A stretch of DNA of 61,249 nucleotides, taken from a virus. Its lineage: Duplodnaviria > Caudoviricetes. The notes under the pieces are model-generated. The model saw only the letters and a list, made by a program, of their open reading frames with translations, did no database searches and was not told where the DNA came from. Position 1 is the first letter of the stretch; every line of letters starts with the position of its first letter. This document shows, in pieces, positions 9,322 through 19,438 of this stretch. The translations under genes were made by a program, and so were the position numbers. The stretch lies in IMG/VR virus record IMGVR_UViG_3300009419_000019, positions 1 to 61,249 of that record; one strand, written 5' to 3'.

Positions 9322-10916
9322 AGTTCAACCTCCTTGAGCACATTGCTCTGAAGTTTGCCGATGTCGAGTTCACTCGTGAGCAGATGCACGCGTATCAGCG
9401 CGAGGCTTATGAGTTCTTGAAGAAGAACCCGTACTCTGCGTTGTTCATCGACATGGGCATGGGAAAAAGCGTCACGTCACTCACGCTGATCGTGGATCTT
9501 CTGTTGTCCTTCGAGACAGAGAAGGTGCTTGTGATCGGCCCCTTGAAGGTGGCAACCGACACATGGCCGAACGAGATCCGCAAATGGGCACACACCGCTG
9601 TGCTCAATCACACGTTGATCCGCTGTGAGGACGACAACCCCGAGGTCATTGCTGCGGTGAAGGCCATGCGCCAGCGTGGTCGGCTGCTTGGTTGGTCAAA
9701 GGAAGAGATCAACAAGCGTTGCTTGGAAGTGCAAGCTGACACGAAAGAGAAGATCAAGCGTGCCAAAGCCTTGAGTGGCGCATCTGTTCACATCATCAAC
9801 CGTGAGCAGATCGAATGGCTGGTCAACTTCTACGGTCGCAAGTGGCCATACCGCACCGTCTTCATTGATGAGTCCAGTGCATTCAAGGATCACCGCACGA
9901 ACCGCTTCAAGGCTCTTGCCAAGGTGCGTGCGACACCTGGGCTGATCACGCGCATGCACCTCCTGACTGCTACGCCAGCAGCCGAGACATACGAGCACCT
10001 GTTCGCTCAGATTTTCTTGCTCGACGGTGGCGAACGCTTTGGTCGCCACATCACTCGCTTCCGAAACAATTACTTCAGCTACAACCAGTATTCACGCAAG
10101 TACAAGCTGCGCCCTGGGTGTGAGGAAATCATTCTCGATAAGATCAAAGACATCTGCCTCGTGATGAAGGCCAAGGACTACCTGAACTTGGCTGAGCCTA
10201 CGATTGCACCCCGTCAGGTGACTCTCTCAGACGATCAGATGGTGCTCTACAAGAGCATGGAGGAAGAGGGATACGTCAAGCTACCGGACGGCACTGAGAT
10301 CGACGCGGAGACCGCTGCTGCGCTTTCCGGGAAGTTACTTCAGATGTCGTCGGGGGTGCTCTACGAAACGTATGAGCTTGGCGATTGGGAGACCGAGGAT
10401 GTTCGCAAGGTCAAGCGGGTTCACCACTTGCATGACCACAAGATCGAGATGCTTCGCCAGATCGTCGAAGAATGCCCAGGTGAACCGCTCTTGGTCGGAT
10501 ACCACTTCAAGTCGTCTCTCGACCGTCTGAAGAAAGCATTTCCCAAAGCCGTGGCCATGGACAAAGAAGGCCGCTGCATCAAGGATTGGAATGCTCGCAA
10601 AATCCCCATGCTGTTCATCCATCCCCAATCCGGTGGCCACGGTCTGAACATGCAAAAGGGTGGGCACAACCTGATCTTCTTCGATCTGCCCTGGTCGCTT
10701 GAGCTATACCTGCAACTGATCGGTCGCTTGGCACGTCAAGGTCAGAAGCACCCGGTGTTGGTTCAACCCTTGATCGCTAAGGGTACTCTTGACGAACTGG
10801 TCTTCCGCTCACTCGTGGCTAAGCAGGACGCACAAGAAAAGTTGTTCCGCATGCTGAAGAAGATGATCAAGAAAGCACAGGAGAAAGCAAGTCAAGCATT
10901 GGAAGAGACGCTCTAG
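9318..10916 (+). CDS. SNF2-family DNA helicase
   Basis: DMGMGKS, DESS, LTATP, GHGLNMQ and QLIGRLARQGQ motifs. Confidence 0.9.
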   Translation: MKFNLLEHIALKFADVEFTREQMHAYQREAYEFLKKNPYSALFIDMGMGKSVTSLTLIVDLLLSFETEKVLVIGPLKVATDTWPNEIRKWAHTAVLNHTLIRCEDDNPEVIAAVKAMRQRGRLLGWSKEEINKRCLEVQADTKEKIKRAKALSGASVHIINREQIEWLVNFYGRKWPYRTVFIDESSAFKDHRTNRFKALAKVRATPGLITRMHLLTATPAAETYEHLFAQIFLLDGGERFGRHITRFRNNYFSYNQYSRKYKLRPGCEEIILDKIKDICLVMKAKDYLNLAEPTIAPRQVTLSDDQMVLYKSMEEEGYVKLPDGTEIDAETAAALSGKLLQMSSGVLYETYELGDWETEDVRKVKRVHHLHDHKIEMLRQIVEECPGEPLLVGYHFKSSLDRLKKAFPKAVAMDKEGRCIKDWNARKIPMLFIHPQSGGHGLNMQKGGHNLIFFDLPWSLELYLQLIGRLARQGQKHPVLVQPLIAKGTLDELVFRSLVAKQDAQEKLFRMLKKMIKKAQEKASQALEETL

Positions 10917-10932
10917 GGGAAAGCTGCACTAT

Positions 10933-10947
10933 TCCACCAGTTGTGGA
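10933..10947. promoter_or_regulatory. Operator-like palindrome TCCACCAGTTGTGGA upstream of the repressor
   Basis: Fully symmetric-armed member of the TCMAC-N5-GTKGA family, in the intergenic region before the repressor. Confidence 0.6.
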
Positions 10948-10989
10948 GAGTGATGTGATATGCTCCTACATCGTTGACTGAGGTGCATA

Positions 10990-11670
10990 GTGGGCTCAAC
11001 CCTAGAGTTCCGAGTAGCATTCGTTTCCCGATTGAAGCAAGCGTGTGATGAATCCGCGCTGATTCCACCGCCCCACAAGGGTCGTCAGCAGATGATTGCT
11101 GATCGGTTGGGGGTTGCTCCCGAGGCTGTGAGCAAGTGGTTCAAGGCTGTTGCCATGCCACGGCCCGACAAGATGGAGAACTTGGCCGAGATGCTCGGCG
11201 TCGATCAATCTTGGTTGGCGTTCGGCATCTCCCCTGAGATGGATCGTGGTGAGCGCAAGGCTCACGCCCGTCAGGTGGACGGTGCTGTCTACCTCACCAT
11301 GGGCTTGATTACCCTGGGTGGGGGCCTCGTGGGCATGCCGTCAAAGAATGACCCCAGGAAACACTACGTTGACTTTTACGCAACCATCCGTGGATCGGTG
11401 TACCCGATGCACATTGCGTTGGCGAGAGAAACGTCGAAGGGCACTTACGAGGCATTGCTGCCGAAGGAGTATGCGGATACCCGGTGCCTGACCGTTGTGC
11501 CTGCTCCTGCACACAGGTATCACATCCTGTTCATGCCATTGAACATGGTCGAAGAACACAAGCGTCGCAAGAGCGGGCATGTGCAGATTGGCTTTGGTCG
11601 GATGGACAGCCGGTACATCACCGGCTCCGACGTTTGGCCGCAAATTCGTGACTTTACGGAGTTCGTATGA
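10990..11670 (+). CDS. XRE-family HTH repressor
   Basis: QQMIADRLGVAPEAVSKWF...LAEMLGVDQSWLAFG; adjacent to excisionase-like gene and integrase. Confidence 0.8.
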   Translation: MGSTLEFRVAFVSRLKQACDESALIPPPHKGRQQMIADRLGVAPEAVSKWFKAVAMPRPDKMENLAEMLGVDQSWLAFGISPEMDRGERKAHARQVDGAVYLTMGLITLGGGLVGMPSKNDPRKHYVDFYATIRGSVYPMHIALARETSKGTYEALLPKEYADTRCLTVVPAPAHRYHILFMPLNMVEEHKRRKSGHVQIGFGRMDSRYITGSDVWPQIRDFTEFV

Positions 11671-11879
11671 CCGATGTGCCCTGGGTAGCAGTGAAGGACG
11701 TGTGCCATATGTACGGAGTTACTTTCGAGACTGCCAAGAACAAGATCCACGCGGGCACCTTCGACGTGGACACCTACAAGGTCGGCAAGGTCTTGGTCAT
11801 CGACAGGGAGGTTCACGAAACTTACTTCCGTCTTGCCCGTGAGCGTGGCCTTGCGGCATTGAAATCCACAACGGGTTGA
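11667..11879 (+). CDS. Excisionase-like small DNA-binding protein
   Basis: 70-aa winged-helix-like pattern (VKDVCHMYGV...YKVGKVLVID) next to the integrase. Confidence 0.65.
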   Translation: MTDVPWVAVKDVCHMYGVTFETAKNKIHAGTFDVDTYKVGKVLVIDREVHETYFRLARERGLAALKSTTG

Positions 11880-11990
11880 CGAGCCCCCGAAAAAGCGATT
11901 ACACTGCCTTCGCTCAGTGCGGGGTTGTATTGAGTGGGAAGCGAGCGGTGCCAGAGGGGCGCAGAGGGAAACTTCTGCGCCCTTTCTGCT

Positions 11991-13010
11991 TTACGCCGCC
12001 AACTCCCGAAGTCGCTTCTCCTTCTCGACAAGGCTCGTGGGCTTGAGGTGGGTGTATCTAGCTAAGGTCTTCCAGTTGGTGTGCCCCGAGACCAGACATA
12101 CCTCCTGAATCGCAAACCCAAGCTCGAACAAGCGGCTGATCCCCTCGTGCCGTAGATCGTGCAGCACCACGTCGGGCACCCCAGCCTTGACCGAGGTCTC
12201 GTGGAAGACCCGGCTCATGTAGTTCTTGCACCTGGGGAAGATGCGCTCGTTGACCCTTGGCTGTCGTGCCGCGATCTCGAACGCACCGTTGAGCAGCGGC
12301 ACCGTCTGGTGGTTGCCGAACTTCTTTCTCGGGTGCTTGCGATCCCTGACGATCACCGTCCGGTTCTTCTCGTCGAAGTCACTCCACGTGATGCGAACAA
12401 CCTCGCTGATCCGCATGGCTGACGCAAGGCAGAAGTCCAAGGTGTCAGCGATGGGTTGGAGCGTGTTCGGGCTCAGCTTGCTCTTGATCAGAGTGAGTTC
12501 TTCGTCCGTGACCCGACGATCCCGCTCATTGGCCAGTGCAAGGTAGCCAAGCTCCCACAGACGGTCTCGGCACGTCTTCATGTCCTTCCAGGGGATAGCA
12601 ATGCCCCAATGGCTTTCAGCTTGCCGTAGCACGCCAAAGAGCCGTGCGATGTGCCAGTTGGTCGTTGAGGGTGCTACGTCGTTGCGCTTCAACACCCACT
12701 CCATCAGGCCGCGTCCCTGTAGGTCGCTCATCCTCATGTCGCTGAAGGCTCGCTTGATCGAGGGTATGTCGTGCTTGAGGTGGCTGTCTGCCATCTTGCG
12801 CTTTGGGGCAACCTCGGCAACATACTTGTCAACGAGATCCATGATCTTGATGCGGGGGTTGGTGATCGTCTTCTCTTCAATCTCCTTCTCCGTGTCCCTG
12901 ACCCAATCCTTTGCTTCCTTGTGCGTCTTGAACGTCTCGTACATCGGCTCGTGGCCAACCTTACGGATCATTGCCCTGTACGACGTGCCTCTCTTGGCGA
13001 CTGTGCCCAT
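11991..13010 (-). CDS. int: Tyrosine integrase
   Basis: MRISE, HDLRHEG, SGH and RYTH catalytic motifs; N-terminal arm-binding domain. Confidence 0.93.
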   Translation of the reverse strand: MGTVAKRGTSYRAMIRKVGHEPMYETFKTHKEAKDWVRDTEKEIEEKTITNPRIKIMDLVDKYVAEVAPKRKMADSHLKHDIPSIKRAFSDMRMSDLQGRGLMEWVLKRNDVAPSTTNWHIARLFGVLRQAESHWGIAIPWKDMKTCRDRLWELGYLALANERDRRVTDEELTLIKSKLSPNTLQPIADTLDFCLASAMRISEVVRITWSDFDEKNRTVIVRDRKHPRKKFGNHQTVPLLNGAFEIAARQPRVNERIFPRCKNYMSRVFHETSVKAGVPDVVLHDLRHEGISRLFELGFAIQEVCLVSGHTNWKTLARYTHLKPTSLVEKEKRLRELAA

Positions 13011-13040
13011 GGTTCCTCCGTGCGGGAGGACAAGGTATCT

Positions 13041-13282
13041 CGCGGCACAGTTTTGGCACAGTGACGAAAGTCCTCCATCACCGTTCTCAATGAAATCAAA
13101 GGCTTAGAAGTCTTGCAAAGTTGTTGAAAATTTAGAGGCTCCGTCAGGGCAGTACAACGAAATCAAGCACTTAGCCATTGGCCGGTGGTGAACACATGGG
13201 GATGATCGAATACCGGCATGTCTGAAACTTCCTCAATGAAATCAGGAAGTTAGTTTCTGCTGGCACATTCGCTGGCACAAAC
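13041..13282. other. Putative attP
   Basis: Paired GGCACA arm-like repeats at both ends (13044/13055, 13262/13274); three IHF-consensus sites WATCAR-N4-TTR (13094, 13161, 13240); directly upstream of int. Confidence 0.7.
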
Positions 13283-13326
13283 AGTGGGGCATTGAGCAAC
13301 ACTTTTGGCAACGCGGGGGACATGCG

Positions 13327-13345
13327 ATATATTCAGTGAATATAT
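13327..13345. promoter_or_regulatory. 19-bp palindrome ATATATTCAGTGAATATAT, copy 2, overlapping the start codon of the small HTH gene
   Basis: Identical to 14-32; ATG at 13344. Confidence 0.75.
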
Positions 13346-13583
13346 GCGTGCGTCTGCCCCCAACCCGTTGCTAGTTGCCTTTGAGAGCCGAACCGGCCTC
13401 GGGCCTACCTACGCCGCCTCTCTCCTGGGCATGCCGTACATCACCTACTCACAGTACCGCTCGGGCTCAAGACCGCTCAAGCCGACCGTGCTTCGGCACA
13501 TCGAGCTTGTGCTGTTCCTTGAGCCGCATCAACTCCTGCACTGGATCGAAAAGTATGGTCACCCCCGTATCAACCAAGCGTAA
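13344..13583 (+). CDS. Small HTH DNA-binding protein upstream of the terminase genes
   Basis: GLGPTYAASLLGMPYITYSQYRSG HTH-like segment; overlaps the small terminase start. Confidence 0.6.
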   Translation: MRASAPNPLLVAFESRTGLGPTYAASLLGMPYITYSQYRSGSRPLKPTVLRHIELVLFLEPHQLLHWIEKYGHPRINQA

Positions 13584-14157
13584 CCAACGCAGCCTGGATG
13601 ACGAGAGTCAGATCGCCCTCTACGAAGGGCTGAACCAGTCTCAGCTTGCCGTGGCCTTCGGGATGGACATCCGAACGATCCAACGCAAGATCCACGGTCT
13701 GCACCCCTCGGGTATTCGCAACGGCTCGAAGGTGTGGAAGCTCGCTGATGTAACTCCGTACCTCGTCAAGCCACGAGTGGACATCGAGACCTACATCAAG
13801 AACATGAACCACAACGAGCTACCCAAGCACTTGACCAAGGAGTTTTGGGCAGGGCAGCGGGCTCGTCAGGACTACCTTCTGAAAGAGGGGGACTTGTGGC
13901 CAACGACGCAAGTGGTCGAGAAGGTGAGCGAACTCATGAAGCTCATGTCGATGTCGCTCAAGCTGTTGGCAGACACCGTTGATCGTCAGAGCGAACTCAC
14001 AGAGAAGCAGCGCAAGGTGATCTTGTCCATCGTGGACTCAACTCAGACGGACTTGGTTCGCACTGTGCAGGAGCACTTCTCCAAGGTCGAGCCCAAGCAA
14101 CAACCAAAGGTCGAGTCAGAAGTGACTTTCAATGACGATGAAGACGACTCGCTATAA
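13555..14157 (+). CDS. terS: Terminase small subunit (Nu1/DUF1441-like)
   Basis: N-terminal HTH NQSQLAVAFGMDIRTI, coiled C-terminal half; directly before the large terminase. Confidence 0.8.
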   Translation: MVTPVSTKRNQRSLDDESQIALYEGLNQSQLAVAFGMDIRTIQRKIHGLHPSGIRNGSKVWKLADVTPYLVKPRVDIETYIKNMNHNELPKHLTKEFWAGQRARQDYLLKEGDLWPTTQVVEKVSELMKLMSMSLKLLADTVDRQSELTEKQRKVILSIVDSTQTDLVRTVQEHFSKVEPKQQPKVESEVTFNDDEDDSL

Positions 14158-16210
14158 CCACCTCGGTGAAATCTTCATCGAGCTTGCGACGATTCTCAAG
14201 CCGCCCGAGCGCATGTCGCCATCGAAGGCGGCTGAGAAGTATCGCTACGTCAACTCCCCTGGTGCGTACATCGGCCCGTGGCTCAACCGAACCGTGCCCT
14301 ACATGGTCGAACCCCAGGACGTGTACGCCTCTTTGCGCTACTCGGGTGAAATCTTCGTTGGCCCTGCTCAGTGCGGCAAGACCGACTCCCTGGTCTTGAA
14401 CAGCGTTGTCTACTCGATCAAGGTCGAGCCAATGGACACCATGGTCGTGTGCCCAACGATGCTGGCTGCGCGTGACTTCTCGATGCGTCGTATCGACCGT
14501 CTGCATCGCCACAGTGTTGATGTCGGCAAGATGCTGCTGCCCGGTGCTGACAACAACAACACGTTCGACAAGCACTACCGCACGGGCATGCTGCTCTCGC
14601 TGTCATGGCCAACACCAACCGAGCTTGCCGGTAAGCCAATTGGTCGGGTGATCCTGACTGACCGGGATCGGATGCCTGACGACGTTGACGGTGACGGCGA
14701 ACCTTTCGACTTGGCATCCAAGCGCACAACCACGTTCGGCTCTTACGCAATGACCGTGGCTGAGTCGTCACCATCTCGTGAGGTGGACAACCTGAAGTGG
14801 ATTCGCTCATCTCCCCATGAGGCACCGCCGTGCAAGGGCATCTTGGCGCTCTACAACCGGGGTGACCGCCGTCGCTGGTATTGGCCATGCCCGAACTGTG
14901 ATCGTTACTTCGAAGGTAACTTCACGATGCTCACGTGGGACAAGCAGCCTGGGATGACCAACCTCGAAGCTGCCGAAAGCACGCGCATGGTTTGCCCGCA
15001 CTGCGCACACAAGATCCACCCCGATGACCGTGATGACATGCAGCAGTGGGGCATGTGGGTCAAGGATGGTCAGTCTGTCGATGAGTTCGGTCGGATCATC
15101 GGGCCGGTGCCTCGAACGATGATCGCCTCGTTCTGGCTCAACGGCGTGGCCGCTGCCTTTACCAACTGGCGCAAGCTGGTTGCTCTGTTCCTCGACGCCA
15201 ACGATGAGTACGAACGCACGGGCTCAGAAGAAGGCTTGACCAAGTTCTACAACAACGACTTGGGCGAACCCTACTATCCCAAGTCAATGCTCGACATGGG
15301 TCGTCTGCCTGAGACCCTCAAGGGTCGTGCAGAGGCTTTGCCTGAACGCGAGGTGCCCGAGGGTGTTCGCTTCCTGATCGCCAACGTGGACGTGCAGAAG
15401 AACAGCTTTGTTGTCCAAGTCCACGGTGTCATGCCGGGATCTCCGTTCGACACCGTGATCATCGACCGCTTCGAGATCCGCAAGTCAAAGCGCACCGACG
15501 CTGACGGGGACGTGGAATGGATTCGACCGCATGCCTATGCCGAAGATTGGCACGAGATCACAGAGCATGTGCTTGAGAAGGAATACCCCCTGGCCGATGG
15601 CTCCGGTCGCATGATGTCGATTAAGTTCACCACTTGCGACTCCGGTGGTAAGGAAGGCGTGACGACTCGGGCTTATGAGTATTACCGCTCGCTGCGTGAG
15701 CAGAACAAGCACCGTCGATTCATTCTGGTCAAGGGTGAAACCCTGCCGAACCAGCCTCGCACCCGGATCAGTTACCCGGACGCCAGCCGCCGAGATTCAA
15801 AGTCGGGTGCCCGTGGTGACGTGCCAGTTTTGATCCTGAACTCGAACATGCTCAAAGACGACCTCAATGGTCGCCTCGATTGCATTACCCCAGGTAAGGG
15901 CCTGTTCAGGTTTCCAAACTGGTTGTCCGACAGTTTCTTTGCCGAAATGTGCAGTGAGTACCGCACGCCGAAAGGCTGGGAAAAGGCGCACGGGGTTCGA
16001 AACGAAGGCTGGGACTTGGCGTATTACTTCCTGGGCGTGTGTGTCTCTGAACTGCTCCGGGTCGAGCACGTGGATTGGGCAAACCCGCCCTCTTGGGCAC
16101 GAGATTGGGACAAGAACGACTTGGTTCGCTCAGCAGATAAAACTAAGCCTTTTGCTCCTGCCGTAGAATCCGCGTATGATTTCAGGCAACTTGGGAAAGC
16201 CCTAGCCTAA
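14132..16210 (+). CDS. terL: Terminase large subunit, lambda gpA family
   Basis: GPAQCGKT Walker A, YWPCPNC and CPHC Zn motifs, NVDVQ, DSGG and RNEGWD nuclease motifs. Confidence 0.95.
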   Translation: MTMKTTRYNHLGEIFIELATILKPPERMSPSKAAEKYRYVNSPGAYIGPWLNRTVPYMVEPQDVYASLRYSGEIFVGPAQCGKTDSLVLNSVVYSIKVEPMDTMVVCPTMLAARDFSMRRIDRLHRHSVDVGKMLLPGADNNNTFDKHYRTGMLLSLSWPTPTELAGKPIGRVILTDRDRMPDDVDGDGEPFDLASKRTTTFGSYAMTVAESSPSREVDNLKWIRSSPHEAPPCKGILALYNRGDRRRWYWPCPNCDRYFEGNFTMLTWDKQPGMTNLEAAESTRMVCPHCAHKIHPDDRDDMQQWGMWVKDGQSVDEFGRIIGPVPRTMIASFWLNGVAAAFTNWRKLVALFLDANDEYERTGSEEGLTKFYNNDLGEPYYPKSMLDMGRLPETLKGRAEALPEREVPEGVRFLIANVDVQKNSFVVQVHGVMPGSPFDTVIIDRFEIRKSKRTDADGDVEWIRPHAYAEDWHEITEHVLEKEYPLADGSGRMMSIKFTTCDSGGKEGVTTRAYEYYRSLREQNKHRRFILVKGETLPNQPRTRISYPDASRRDSKSGARGDVPVLILNSNMLKDDLNGRLDCITPGKGLFRFPNWLSDSFFAEMCSEYRTPKGWEKAHGVRNEGWDLAYYFLGVCVSELLRVEHVDWANPPSWARDWDKNDLVRSADKTKPFAPAVESAYDFRQLGKALA

Positions 16211-16229
16211 TTTTTGCGAAAGAATCCAC

Positions 16230-16457
16230 ATGCCGTTGACGACCGAACAGAAACTTGAGGAAGCCGAGAAGGCTTATCACGCACTGGTCACGGGGACGAG
16301 CCCACGTGTGATCGTTGATCGCAATGGTGAGCGTGTCGAGTTCACAGCGGCAAACCGCCAAGGTCTCGCCTCGTACATCACCGAGTTGAAGCTGAGCCTC
16401 GGTTTGCTGACCCCGAGCTTCGCGCCATCGAACGGGCCAGCTACTTTCATCTTCTGA
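16230..16457 (+). CDS. Head-to-tail joining protein (gpW-like)
   Basis: AYHALVTG...DRNGERVEFTAAN; between terminase and portal. Confidence 0.85.
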   Translation: MPLTTEQKLEEAEKAYHALVTGTSPRVIVDRNGERVEFTAANRQGLASYITELKLSLGLLTPSFAPSNGPATFIF

Positions 16458-16459
16458 CC

Positions 16460-18088
16460 ATGACAAAACAACCTACGACCGAAGTCGCGCCTGTCACGCA
16501 AAAAGCCATCGGTGGTGGGTTGGAGGGTGCCGAACGAACGACTCGTGAGACGTTCAATTGGAGCCCCGCGATCATCTCCCCTGATCGCCAGATCAACCCG
16601 AGCAAAGAGCTTGCCGATGCTCGCGTGCTCGACACGATCCAGAACGACGGCTTCGCCATGGGTGCCGTTGGCACGCACCGCGACAGCATTGTTGGAAATC
16701 AGTTCCGACTCAACGCTCAGCCCAACATCGACGTTCTCGGCGCAGATGAAGCATGGGCAGAAGAGTTTCAGGTTCAGGTTGAGGCCCGCTTCAACCTGAT
16801 GGCTGACAGCGAAGAGTGCTGGTTCGATGCTGCCGGTGCCAACACCTTCACCAACTTGATTCGTCTTGCCGTGGTCGGCGAGGTGATCACAGGTGAAGTG
16901 CTGGCAACGGCTGAATGGCTGCGTTCTGTGACCCGCCCATTCAGCACGGCGATCCAGATGATCTCCCCGAGCCGTCTGTCCAACCCGAACGATGTGCCCG
17001 ATGACCGCTATCTGCGTCGTGGCGTGGCCAAGGATCGCTTCGGCAAGGCGTTGGGCTATCACATTCGTGCGTCGCACCCCACCGACTACTACACCGACTT
17101 CGAGACCTCGCGTTGGGTGTACGTGCCTGCTCGCAAGCCTTGGGGTCGTCGTCAGGTGATCCACATCATTCAGCAGATGCGCCCGGATCAAACCCGTGGC
17201 ATCAGCGACATGGTGACGGTGCTCAAGAACATGAAGATGACCCGCAAGTTCCGCGACGTGGTGTTGCAGAACGCAGTGGTCAACGCGAGCTACGCTGCTG
17301 CCATCGAATCCGAACTCCCCAAGGAAGTTGTTTTCGGTGCATTGGGCGCAGGGCAACCCGGCTTTGGTCAGATGCTCGGTGACTTCATGACATCGCTCAA
17401 CAGCTATGTCTCGGCGTCCGACAACATTGCCATCGACGGGGTGAAGATCCCACACCTGTTCCCTGGCACGAAGCTCTCGCTCAAGCCGATGGGTACCCCA
17501 GGTGGTATCGGTGGTGAGTTCGAAGAGTCGCTTCTTCGCCACACCGCAGCAACGCTTGGTCTGAGCTACGAGCAGTTCGCACGGGATTACTCCAAGACGA
17601 ACTACTCGTCTGCCCGTGCGTCCATGGGCGAGACCGAGAAGCACATGCAGTCGCGCAAGAAAGCCGTGGCTGACCGCTTCGCCACGATGATCTACACGCT
17701 GTGGCTCGAAGAAGAGATCAACGCCGGGAACGTCCCCATGCCCAATGGCAAAGGCGCAGAACTGTTCTACGACCCTGTGATGCGCGAGGCACTGATCAAC
17801 TGCACGTGGATCGGCGCTGGCCGTGGCCAGATCGACGAGAAGAAGGAAACTGAGTCGGCTGTGCTGCGGATTCAGAACAACCTTTCGACCCTGGAATTGG
17901 AGTGCGCTCGCTTGGGTCAGGACTACCGTCGCATTCTTCGCCAACGTCTGCGCGAAGAAGAATTGAAGAAGAAGTACAACCTCGTCGATCCCGTACCCGG
18001 TGCGATGGGGCAAAATGCGGGCAACAATTCCACGAACGGTTCGTCGGATAACCAATCCGACAATGAGAACGGAGATTCCAATGTCTGA
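16460..18088 (+). CDS. Portal protein, lambda family
   Basis: RPDQTRGIS, DYSKTNYSSARAS and GRGQIDEKKE motifs. Confidence 0.95.
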   Translation: MTKQPTTEVAPVTQKAIGGGLEGAERTTRETFNWSPAIISPDRQINPSKELADARVLDTIQNDGFAMGAVGTHRDSIVGNQFRLNAQPNIDVLGADEAWAEEFQVQVEARFNLMADSEECWFDAAGANTFTNLIRLAVVGEVITGEVLATAEWLRSVTRPFSTAIQMISPSRLSNPNDVPDDRYLRRGVAKDRFGKALGYHIRASHPTDYYTDFETSRWVYVPARKPWGRRQVIHIIQQMRPDQTRGISDMVTVLKNMKMTRKFRDVVLQNAVVNASYAAAIESELPKEVVFGALGAGQPGFGQMLGDFMTSLNSYVSASDNIAIDGVKIPHLFPGTKLSLKPMGTPGGIGGEFEESLLRHTAATLGLSYEQFARDYSKTNYSSARASMGETEKHMQSRKKAVADRFATMIYTLWLEEEINAGNVPMPNGKGAELFYDPVMREALINCTWIGAGRGQIDEKKETESAVLRIQNNLSTLELECARLGQDYRRILRQRLREEELKKKYNLVDPVPGAMGQNAGNNSTNGSSDNQSDNENGDSNV

Positions 18089-19397
18089 ACATGCAGCCCG
18101 CCAAGCGATCACGCGCATGCACCACCGCGAAGTGGCCGTGGCTGCACACCTGACGACATTGGGTGCTGACATTCGCCAGATGGCCGATGCCAACCCGACA
18201 CAGCAGCAAGAGCAGTTCATGGCCCGTCGTGCCGAACTGTGCCAAGCCTTCGGTTTGTCGGTGACCACGCAGAGCAAGCCGTTCGCCTTCTCGCAAGGCA
18301 TTGCGGTGATCCCCGTGACGGGTTCTCTGGTCAACCGCTTCGGTCAGTCCTACGGCTTTGTCACCGGCTACAACTTCATTCGCTCTCAGGTTGCCGCTGC
18401 TGGCCTCGACCCTGATGTCACAGCCATCGTGTTCGACATGAACAGCTACGGTGGTGAAGCCGCTGGCTGCTTCGAATGCGCTGCTGACATCCCTCGCTTG
18501 GCCAACGGCAAGCCCACCCTGGCAGTGGTTGACTCGAACTGCTACTCGGCGTGCTACGCCTTGGCCAGTCAGTGCGACAAGATCGTCTGCACACCCTCGG
18601 GTGGCGTGGGTTCTGTCGGTGTCGTGGCCATGCACGTTGACATGAGCAAGATGCTCGACAAGTGGGGCATCGACGTGACGTTCATCTACAGCGGTGATCA
18701 CAAGGTCGATGGCAACCAGTTCGAACCGCTGCCTGCCGAAGTCAAAGCTGAGATCAAAGCCAGCGTTGACAAGTCCCGCAAGAACTTCGCAGAACTCGTG
18801 GCCACGGGTCGCAAGATGGACGTGAAAGCCATCATGGACACCGAGGCCCGTACCTATCGTGCCGACGACGCTTTGAGTCTCGGCCTCATCGACGCTGTTG
18901 CAACGCCTCAGATGGCGGTGCAAGCGTTTCTCGACGAGCTATCCGGCTCGACTGTTCAACTGTCCACAACCAAGGAGCCTGAAATGGCAGACCAAGAAAC
19001 GACGAAGCCGGGTGCCGATAACGCAAGCACCCAACAACAAGCCGCCGACGCGGCCCAAGTCCGTGCTGCTGAGCGTGCCCGTATCTCGGGTATCCAAGGC
19101 AGCGAAGAGGCCAAGGGTCGTGAAAAGCTGGCTTCCCACTTGGCCATGAACACCGAAATGTCGGTGGACGATGCCAAGGCCATCCTGGCTGCTGCCCCTG
19201 CCGAAAAGCAGGAAGCCGCTGCCCCTGCCGTCAATGCCTTCCAGCAAGCCATGGACGCATCCAAGCACCCTGAAGTGGGTGCCGATGGTGCCGGTGGTGA
19301 CGCGCAAGCCAATGGCTCTGTCAGCTTGGCTTCGAGCATCCTGAAGGATTTCAGCTTGGCATCTGGCCGCAAGGTCGATCTGCCTGCCAAGCAGTGA
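18081..19397 (+). CDS. Prohead protease (S49, lambda gpC-like) with C-terminal scaffolding region
   Basis: DMNSYGGE, YSACYALAS, GVGSVGV, GLIDAV motifs; ATG at 18081 after GGAG. Confidence 0.9.
   Translation: MSEHAARQAITRMHHREVAVAAHLTTLGADIRQMADANPTQQQEQFMARRAELCQAFGLSVTTQSKPFAFSQGIAVIPVTGSLVNRFGQSYGFVTGYNFIRSQVAAAGLDPDVTAIVFDMNSYGGEAAGCFECAADIPRLANGKPTLAVVDSNCYSACYALASQCDKIVCTPSGGVGSVGVVAMHVDMSKMLDKWGIDVTFIYSGDHKVDGNQFEPLPAEVKAEIKASVDKSRKNFAELVATGRKMDVKAIMDTEARTYRADDALSLGLIDAVATPQMAVQAFLDELSGSTVQLSTTKEPEMADQETTKPGADNASTQQQAADAAQVRAAERARISGIQGSEEAKGREKLASHLAMNTEMSVDDAKAILAAAPAEKQEAAAPAVNAFQQAMDASKHPEVGADGAGGDAQANGSVSLASSILKDFSLASGRKVDLPAKQ
18984..19397 (+). CDS. Nested in-frame scaffolding protein (Nu3-like)
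   Basis: Internal AAGGAG RBS before in-frame ATG (MADQETTK); Ala-rich AERARISGI region; analogous to lambda C/Nu3. Confidence 0.65.
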   Translation: MADQETTKPGADNASTQQQAADAAQVRAAERARISGIQGSEEAKGREKLASHLAMNTEMSVDDAKAILAAAPAEKQEAAAPAVNAFQQAMDASKHPEVGADGAGGDAQANGSVSLASSILKDFSLASGRKVDLPAKQ

Positions 19398-19438
19398 TCC
19401 ACACCACATCACCAACATCTACCTGAAAGGACAACATC

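Noticed and set aside
13175-13222. attP core as a tRNA or dusA fragment
   Set aside because: The integrase resembles dusA-associated/Rci-like enzymes, but no T-arm/CCA or APMxxxTD-coding sequence is visible
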